Assembly (NCBI GenBank): GCA_937926935.1 | Contig: CALBBI010000057.1 | Coordinates: forward strand, 1 to 51,217 | Direction: 5' to 3' | Source: an uncultured Bacillota bacterium | Lineage (GTDB): Bacteria > Bacillota_I > Bacilli_A > RF39 > UBA660 | Length of the DNA: 51,217 nucleotides | Shown here: positions 45,845-51,217 of the stretch, piece after piece | Position numbering within the stretch: the first letter of the stretch is position 1 | Layout: each line of letters opens with the position of its first letter | Notes under the pieces: model-generated | The model's database searches: none | What the model was told of the DNA's origin: nothing | Seen by the model: the letters and a program-made list of their open reading frames with translations, nothing else | Program-made: the position numbers and the translations under genes

Positions 45845-46315
45845 ATGAATAATGGTTCGATTAAAAAAATAGATGAATTAGGACGTATTGTAATTCCTAA
45901 AGATATAAGAAAGAGATTATCAATAAAGAAAGATGATAGTTTAGAAATAAGTATTGATGATAATTATATAAAGTTAGTTAAAGCGGTAGCAATTAAGAAT
46001 TATGATGAGTATGTGATTGGGCTTTTGAAAATGCTTGTGGATAATATGCATGTAAAAATACTAGCGACAAACAGAGAAAAGGTTATTTTTAATAATACTG
46101 AGATTGACGATTTAGATGTTAAAAGATTGGTTGGATTATCATTATATGATTTAATGAAGGAAAAAGATAAGATTTGTAGTGCTTGTGATTTAAGACCAGT
46201 GATAATTGATTCGAATGTGGAAGGAATTATCTTAGTTAGTGATAGTAGTTGTAATGAAATAGTGGGTCAAATACTTAATATTTTGATTACAAATAAACTT
46301 GATATTTCATGTTAA
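45845..46315 (+). CDS. spoVT: stage V sporulation protein T-like (AbrB/SpoVT N-domain + C-terminal sensor-like domain)
   Basis: IKKIDELGRIVIPKDIRKRLSIKKDDSLEI is a swapped-hairpin AbrB domain. A further 100 aa follow at the C-terminus. Position after mfd, as in B. subtilis. Confidence 0.75.
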   Translation: MNNGSIKKIDELGRIVIPKDIRKRLSIKKDDSLEISIDDNYIKLVKAVAIKNYDEYVIGLLKMLVDNMHVKILATNREKVIFNNTEIDDLDVKRLVGLSLYDLMKEKDKICSACDLRPVIIDSNVEGIILVSDSSCNEIVGQILNILITNKLDISC

Positions 46316-46334
46316 TAATGGTAAACTATGGTTA

Positions 46335-46527
46335 ATTAGTGAGGAACAAATGGGTACCTAAGAGTTTTTTAAAGAGAGTTTCTTGGTGGTGGAAGAGAAA
46401 TAAAAATGAATAGGGAGTATGGATTTGGGAGCTAAATCGTTAATCGCGTTAAGATATTTGAGTGTATGATTAGTCATAAAATAAGGTGGTACCACGGGTT
46501 TTCTCGTCCTTATGTTATGGCTTTTTT
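46335..46527 (+). promoter_or_regulatory. T-box leader (tRNA-sensing riboswitch) controlling metG
   Basis: AGAGAG box in stem I. Candidate AUG specifier at 46406..46408. T-box sequence AAUAAGGUGGUACCACGG at 46480..46497. Terminator CATAAAATAAGG...CCTTATGTTATG (46475..46519) followed by a T6 run. Confidence 0.8.
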
Positions 46528-46544
46528 CTATGGAGGAGATAGTT

Positions 46545-48074
46545 ATGGAAAAGAAATTTTATATAACAACACCGATATATTATCCAAGTGCAGATTTTCA
46601 TATTGGACATTGTTATACAACAATTATTGCAGATTCGATTGCAAGATATAAGAGATTATTAGGATATGATGTTTATTTTCAAACTGGAACTGATGAACAT
46701 GGTCAAAAAATTGAAAATAAAGCTCGTGAGGCAGGAGTTACGCCAAAAGAGTATGTTGATAAAATAGTAAATAACGCTAAAGATTTATGGAAAAGTTTAA
46801 ATATTAGTTATGATTATTTTATTAGAACAACCGATAAAAATCATGAAGAAATAGTCCAAAAGATATTTAAGAAGTTGTATGACCAAGGTGATATTTATAA
46901 AGGAGAATATAAAGGATTATATTGTACTCCTTGTGAATCATTTTGGACTGAAAGTCAGTTAGTTAATGGCATGTGTCCAGATTGTGGTAGAGAAGTTAAA
47001 GAGGTTAGTGAGGAAGCATACTTTTTTAGATTATCTAAATATCAAGATAGATTAGTGGAGTATATTGAGTCACATCCTGATTTTATCTTACCAAAGTCAA
47101 GAAAGAATGAAATGATTAATAACTTTATTAAACCAGGGTTAGATGATTTATGTGTTTCTAGAACTTCGTTTACTTGGGGTATTCCAGTTACTTTTGACCC
47201 TAAGCATGTAATTTATGTTTGGGTTGATGCTTTGTCAAACTATATTACTTCGCTTGGTTATATGACTGAAAATGATGAGAAGTTTAAAAAATATTGGCCT
47301 TGCGATTTGCATTTGGTTGGTAAGGAAATTGTAAGATTTCATACTATTATTTGGCCAGCAATGTTAATGGCTTTAGACTTGGAGTTACCTAAACAAGTAT
47401 TTGGTCATGGTTGGTTAGTTATCAATGGTGGTAAGATTAGTAAGAGTTTAGGAAATTATAAAGACCCAAGAGAGTATATTCGTGATTATGGAGTTGATGC
47501 GGTTAGATACTATGCTTTAAGAGAGGTTCCATTTGGAAGTGATGGTACTTTTAGTGAAGAAAATTTAGTTAATAGAATTAATGCGGATTTGGTTAATAAT
47601 TTAGGAAATTTGGTACATCGTACGATAAGTATGAATATGAAGTATTTTGAAGGAATTGTTCAAAATGGAGATTGTACCGAAGAAATCGATAATGATTTAA
47701 TAAATAATGTGCTTGGACTTTCAAGGAAGTTAGAAGAGAAAATGAATGAATTAAAAGTCGGTGAGACTTTAGAAGAAATTTTTGATGTTCTTAGAAAGTG
47801 TAATAAATATATTGATGATACAACACCTTGGATTTTGGCTAAAGATGAAAGTAAGAAAGCTAGACTTGGTACGGTTTTATATAACTTGTTAGAAAGCATT
47901 AGAATTATTGCTATTCATTTAAGTCCATTTTTACCAGAAACTAGTGAAAAGATTTTAAATCAATTAAATACTGATGTAAGAGATTATGAAAGTACAGAGG
48001 TCTTTGGTGGATTAAAACCTTCAGCTAAGTTAGAAACTCCTGAGCATTTATTCACTAGAATTGAGAGAAAATAA
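46545..48074 (+). CDS. metG: methionine--tRNA ligase (short form without C-terminal tRNA-binding domain)
   Basis: HIGH (ADFHIGH), KMSKS-type KISKSLG, zinc knuckles CTPCE...CPDCG. ATG at 46545 follows GGAGGAG. The upstream extension in the ORF track lies in the T-box terminator. Confidence 0.95.
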   Translation: MEKKFYITTPIYYPSADFHIGHCYTTIIADSIARYKRLLGYDVYFQTGTDEHGQKIENKAREAGVTPKEYVDKIVNNAKDLWKSLNISYDYFIRTTDKNHEEIVQKIFKKLYDQGDIYKGEYKGLYCTPCESFWTESQLVNGMCPDCGREVKEVSEEAYFFRLSKYQDRLVEYIESHPDFILPKSRKNEMINNFIKPGLDDLCVSRTSFTWGIPVTFDPKHVIYVWVDALSNYITSLGYMTENDEKFKKYWPCDLHLVGKEIVRFHTIIWPAMLMALDLELPKQVFGHGWLVINGGKISKSLGNYKDPREYIRDYGVDAVRYYALREVPFGSDGTFSEENLVNRINADLVNNLGNLVHRTISMNMKYFEGIVQNGDCTEEIDNDLINNVLGLSRKLEEKMNELKVGETLEEIFDVLRKCNKYIDDTTPWILAKDESKKARLGTVLYNLLESIRIIAIHLSPFLPETSEKILNQLNTDVRDYESTEVFGGLKPSAKLETPEHLFTRIERK

Positions 48075-48075
48075 T

Positions 48076-48091
48076 TATTTCCCGGGAAATA
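48076..48091. promoter_or_regulatory. perfect Noc-binding-site palindrome, intergenic (metG-tatD)
   Basis: TATTTCCCGGGAAATA within a 22-bp perfect palindrome at 48073..48094, directly after the metG stop. Confidence 0.75.
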
Positions 48092-48126
48092 ATTGAAGAA
48101 AAATCATTCTTGTTCGTGTGGCAAAA

Positions 48127-48142
48127 TATTTCCCGGGAAATA
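48127..48142. promoter_or_regulatory. perfect Noc-binding-site palindrome, intergenic (metG-tatD)
   Basis: TATTTCCCGGGAAATA, 35 bp after the previous site and 20 bp before the tatD start. Confidence 0.75.
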
Positions 48143-48161
48143 AAATTGAAAGTAGGATAAT

Positions 48162-48899
48162 ATGTTAACGGATACACATTGTCATGTTTTAAATGAATAT
48201 TACGATGATAAGAAGAGCATTTTAGATAATGCTAAAGAACAGGGAGTTTTGAGAATAATTAACGCTGGATATAATATGGCTAGTTCATTAGAAGTTATAG
48301 AGGATGTAAAAAAATATGATAATGTTTATGGAGTCGTGGGCTTACATCCAGAGAATTGCTTAGAAGAGTTTGATTATAAAATATTTGATAATTTACCTAG
48401 TAAAATTGTTGGTATTGGAGAGATTGGATTAGATTATCATTATGGTAAAGAAAATAAAAATGAACAAATTGCAATATTTGAACGTCAATTAGAAATAGCC
48501 GAAAGATTAAATTTGCCGGTTGTTATTCATAGTCGTGATGCAACTTTAGATACTATCGAGATATTAAAAAGGCATAAAGTAAAGGGTGTAATTCATTCAT
48601 TTAGTGGAAGTTATGAAACAGCTTGTATATATATAAAAATGGGATTTGTATTAGGAGTAAATGGTGTTGTTACTTTTAAAAATTGTAATTTAAAGGATAT
48701 TTTGGCAAAAGTTCCTTTGGGAAATATTATTTTAGAAACTGATAGTCCTTATTTAACACCGGTTCCATATAGAGGAAAGAGAAATGAACCAGCTCATATT
48801 AAAGATGTGGCATTGTTCTTATGTCAGCTATATAATGTAGACTTAGCAACTTTAGAAAATATTACCAATGAAAATATTAAAAGGATTTTTGACATTTAA
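48162..48899 (+). CDS. tatD: TatD-family metal-dependent hydrolase (YabD)
   Basis: DTHCHV start motif, GEIGLDYHY, VIHSRDA, ETDSPYL. Confidence 0.9.
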   Translation: MLTDTHCHVLNEYYDDKKSILDNAKEQGVLRIINAGYNMASSLEVIEDVKKYDNVYGVVGLHPENCLEEFDYKIFDNLPSKIVGIGEIGLDYHYGKENKNEQIAIFERQLEIAERLNLPVVIHSRDATLDTIEILKRHKVKGVIHSFSGSYETACIYIKMGFVLGVNGVVTFKNCNLKDILAKVPLGNIILETDSPYLTPVPYRGKRNEPAHIKDVALFLCQLYNVDLATLENITNENIKRIFDI

Positions 48900-48945
48900 A
48901 TATAATCATGATAAAATTAATTTGTACTTGAGGTGAGTAAATTAA

Positions 48946-49482
48946 ATGAATAAATTTACTAAAATGATTAATTTTTTGATTAAAAGTGGAGTTTTAGTAG
49001 TTTCTTTGATACTTATTACATCAACTTCTAATAATAAATTTTTGAAAGCAGGTAACTCTAACTTAAATAAAACTTTAGATTTAAATTCAATGGTTATGAA
49101 AGTTAAAGAAGATATTGCTAATGATTTATATTCAGCTAAAGATACTTATACTGGTTATTTAACTGGGTATTCGGCAGATTGTCCTTTATGTGGTGGGCAT
49201 TTAGCGTGTATGCCTAGTTTAGATGTATTACATGGAAACGTTACTTATCAAGATTCTATTTATGGTGAGCTTAATATTGTGGCTTCTTCGACTGCGACAC
49301 CTTGTGGAACAGTTATAAGAATTAATGAACATAGATTAGGTAGTGAGCCAATATATGCGATTGTATTAGATAGAGGTGTTGGGGGAAATAATTTAGATTT
49401 ATTAACACCAAGTCAAGAATATGCCTTAAGTCATGTTGGACGTTCTATTGTAAGTTATGATATACTGAGAAGAGGTTATTAA
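48946..49482 (+). CDS. secreted/membrane-anchored 3D (RlpA-like double-psi beta-barrel) domain protein, YabE-position
   Basis: Signal anchor. C-terminal TPCGTVIRIN...YAIVLDRGVGGNNLDLL resembles a 3D domain. Syntenic with yabE between tatD and rsmA. Confidence 0.45.
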   Translation: MNKFTKMINFLIKSGVLVVSLILITSTSNNKFLKAGNSNLNKTLDLNSMVMKVKEDIANDLYSAKDTYTGYLTGYSADCPLCGGHLACMPSLDVLHGNVTYQDSIYGELNIVASSTATPCGTVIRINEHRLGSEPIYAIVLDRGVGGNNLDLLTPSQEYALSHVGRSIVSYDILRRGY

Positions 49483-49509
49483 ACTTCTTTTTTTCTAAGG
49501 AGGAGAATT

Positions 49510-50286
49510 ATGGGTTTTCAATATAAAAAAAGTTTAGGGCAAAATTTTTTACAAGATAATAATATTCTTAATAAAATTGTTGCTAGTGTTTCCGTGGGAA
49601 ATAATGATTTGATAATTGAAATTGGACCTGGACATGGAGCTTTAACTAAAAAACTTGTTGATATGGGGTGTGATGTTTTAGCATTTGAAATAGACTTAAG
49701 AGTTAAAGAATATTTAGATAAAATAAGTTGTTCTAATTTAAAAGTTGTGTATCAAGATATTTTACAAGTGGATTTTAGGGAATATGATTTTTCTAAGTAT
49801 GATAAAATTCATGTAATTGCTAATATACCTTATTATATAACGACACCAATTATTGAGAAAATAATTAATTCCAATATAAATGAAGTTGATATGACTTTAA
49901 TGGTTCAAAAGGAAGTAGCGGATAGATTTAGTGCTAAACCTGGTAGTCAAGATTATGGTAGTGTGAGTGTTTATTTAAATTATTTTTATGATATATCAAC
50001 GCTTACTAATGTATCAAGGCATGCTTTTTATCCTGTTCCTAATGTGGATAGTGCAGTTATAAAGTTAGTAAGACATAATAAATATCAAGTTACTAATGAA
50101 GAAAAGTTTTTTAAGTTTGTTAAACAGTGTTTTCAGTTTAAAAGAAAGAATATTCGTAATAATTTAAAAGGTTATGATTTAGAGAAAGTTAGTCTAGTTT
50201 TAAAAAATTATGGTCATGATTTAAGTTCGAGAGCGGAAGAATTTAGTATAATTGAATTTATAGATTTATATAATTCCTTGTTTTAA
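49510..50286 (+). CDS. rsmA: 16S rRNA (adenine1518/1519-N6)-dimethyltransferase
   Basis: KSLGQNFL, IEIGPGHGALT, ANIPYYITTPI. Confidence 0.95.
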   Translation: MGFQYKKSLGQNFLQDNNILNKIVASVSVGNNDLIIEIGPGHGALTKKLVDMGCDVLAFEIDLRVKEYLDKISCSNLKVVYQDILQVDFREYDFSKYDKIHVIANIPYYITTPIIEKIINSNINEVDMTLMVQKEVADRFSAKPGSQDYGSVSVYLNYFYDISTLTNVSRHAFYPVPNVDSAVIKLVRHNKYQVTNEEKFFKFVKQCFQFKRKNIRNNLKGYDLEKVSLVLKNYGHDLSSRAEEFSIIEFIDLYNSLF

Positions 50287-50349
50287 GTAAGCAAGGAGTT
50301 TTTTTGTTCTATTTATTTTTTTATGACATACAATTAAGTGGTGATATTC

Positions 50350-51120
50350 ATGATAAAAAGTGGAGATTATATAACGAGAAATAGTTATAAAAATGATACC
50401 TTATTTTTAGTACTTAGTGTTAAGGGAAATATGGTGTATTTAAAGGGTGTTAATGATAGGTTGTATGCTGACAGTCCGGTTGACGACTGTGTTGTTGTGG
50501 ATAAAAAAGTAGTAATGGATAAGTTTAATGTACCGAAAGTAGATACTGATATGGATAGAAATGATTATTTTTATTTACCACCCAGAGTTTTACAATTAGA
50601 TGGGGATAGTGAATATTTAAAAAGATGTATGGATTATTATCGGGAAAACCATATTTTGGCAGTGGGAAAGAAGATTGATGAAGAACATATTGCCAATGAT
50701 ATTGTGGGATATTTAGAAGAGGTAAAGCCGGATATTGTTATAATTACAGGGCATGATGCGTATATGAAGAAAAAAGGCGATAAAAAAGATTTAAAAAATT
50801 ATAAAAATTCGACTAATTTTGTGGGGGCGGTTAAAAATGCTAGAAAGTATGAAAAATCTCATGAAAAGTTGATTATTATTGCTGGGGCTTGTCAAAGTAA
50901 TTATGAAGAGTTGATTAAGGCTGGCGCTAATTTTGCTAGTAGTCCTAAAAGGGTCAATATTCATGCCTTGGACCCGGCAATTATTGCTTGTAATTTGGCG
51001 CTTACGGAACGAAATAAGGAGATTAATTTGATTGAGTTACTATCTAAAACTAAGAATGGGGTTGATGGTATGGGTGGTTTAATTTGCAATGGAATGATGT
51101 ATGTGGGGTATCCTAGATGA
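50350..51120 (+). CDS. yabG: sporulation-specific protease YabG
   Basis: Peptidase U57-like pattern (IKSGDYITR..., ITGHDAY, AGACQSNYEELI). Position after rsmA. ATG at 50350 lies 4 nt after GGTGAT. Confidence 0.8.
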   Translation: MIKSGDYITRNSYKNDTLFLVLSVKGNMVYLKGVNDRLYADSPVDDCVVVDKKVVMDKFNVPKVDTDMDRNDYFYLPPRVLQLDGDSEYLKRCMDYYRENHILAVGKKIDEEHIANDIVGYLEEVKPDIVIITGHDAYMKKKGDKKDLKNYKNSTNFVGAVKNARKYEKSHEKLIIIAGACQSNYEELIKAGANFASSPKRVNIHALDPAIIACNLALTERNKEINLIELLSKTKNGVDGMGGLICNGMMYVGYPR

Positions 51121-51217
51121 ATGTTAGTGATATCAAAGAAGAAATAGAAAGTTTAGTTAATAAGCAAATTATGATTAAGGTTAGTGGTTCAAGAAGTAGA
51201 AATCAAATGTTTAAAGG
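51117..51217 (+). CDS. veg: Veg-like protein, 5' part (runs off the window)
   Basis: Own translation: MNVSDIKEEIESLVNKQIMIKVSGSRSRNQMFK.... It resembles B. subtilis Veg ([26 protein letters not shown]) and the yabG-veg synteny holds. The ATG overlaps the yabG stop. Confidence 0.6.
   Translation, partial: MNVSDIKEEIESLVNKQIMIKVSGSRSRNQMFK

Noticed and set aside
46466-46651. The 61-aa ORF and the 11-codon upstream extension of metG (46512..46544).
   Set aside because: Both lie inside the T-box leader and terminator. The real metG start is ATG 46545, after GGAGGAG.
1-51217. Possibility of Mollicutes-type genetic code (TGA = Trp), given the very low GC and the short SRP RNA.
   Set aside because: Several well-conserved genes (yabG, ricT, the bofA-like ORF) terminate at TGA at the expected length. 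Trp positions use TGG, for example the WW of spoIIR.
1-51217. Looked for mobile elements, prophage remnants, toxin-antitoxin pairs, defence systems, tRNA and rRNA genes.
   Set aside because: I saw no transposase, integrase or recombinase ORFs, no terminal inverted repeats, no tRNA-like GC-rich cloverleaf segments and no rRNA. B. subtilis has rrnO after gyrA; here that slot holds the parS array. The lone XRE gene has no partner ORF.

Overview
This is a 51.2-kb, very AT-rich (about 28-30% GC by eye) chromosomal segment centred on the replication origin of a low-GC, endospore-forming Firmicute. It uses the standard code: TGA acts as a stop and Trp is TGG. Gene order is a compacted version of the Bacillus subtilis oriC neighbourhood, and genes diverge from the origin on the leading strands.

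Left of oriC, almost all on the minus strand: rpmH-rnpA-yidC-jag-mnmE-mnmG-rsmG-noc-like; then DUF1934-argS-rpoE-prfA-prmC-spoIIR-DUF204-murA-rpmE-rpiB-spoIID-M23(SpoIIQ-like)-LytTR regulator-csp-hpf-DUF4186-CarD-like; then the 5' part of a P-type ATPase. A class A PBP and a small XRE gene sit on the plus strand.

Right of oriC, all on the plus strand: dnaA-dnaN-comK-like-recF-gyrB-gyrA; a 1.1-kb non-coding region; short SRP RNA-tadA-dnaX-ybaB-recR-bofA-like-holB-ricT-methyltransferase-pth-mfd-spoVT; T-box-metG-tatD-3D protein-rsmA-yabG-veg.

oriC is bipartite, with 8 perfect and about 5 near-perfect DnaA boxes upstream of dnaA, and 4 perfect boxes plus an AT-rich stretch between dnaA and dnaN. 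I found no mobile elements, CRISPR arrays, tRNA/rRNA genes or defence islands.

The most interesting content is a ParB/Noc-type chromosome-organisation layer written into the DNA:
- Eight identical perfect parS palindromes are packed into about 860 bp of non-coding DNA after gyrA.
- Five perfect Noc-binding-site (NBS) palindromes lie 10-22 kb right of dnaA. Three are embedded in unrelated genes in the same reading frame (peptide YFPGNK).
- The only ParB-family gene in the window is Noc-like in its DNA-specificity residues, lacks any N-terminal targeting peptide, and carries a roughly 200-aa low-complexity insertion. No soj/spo0J pair follows it.

Secondary oddities:
- rpmH needs a +1 shift at CUU-UAA.
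- spoIIR and a bofA-like gene have no canonical start codon, but each has ATA at the right distance from a GGTGAT Shine-Dalgarno.
- A 26-bp inverted DnaA-box pair is duplicated.
- Three Spo0A-box-like repeats in 10-bp phase lie upstream of the comK-like gene.
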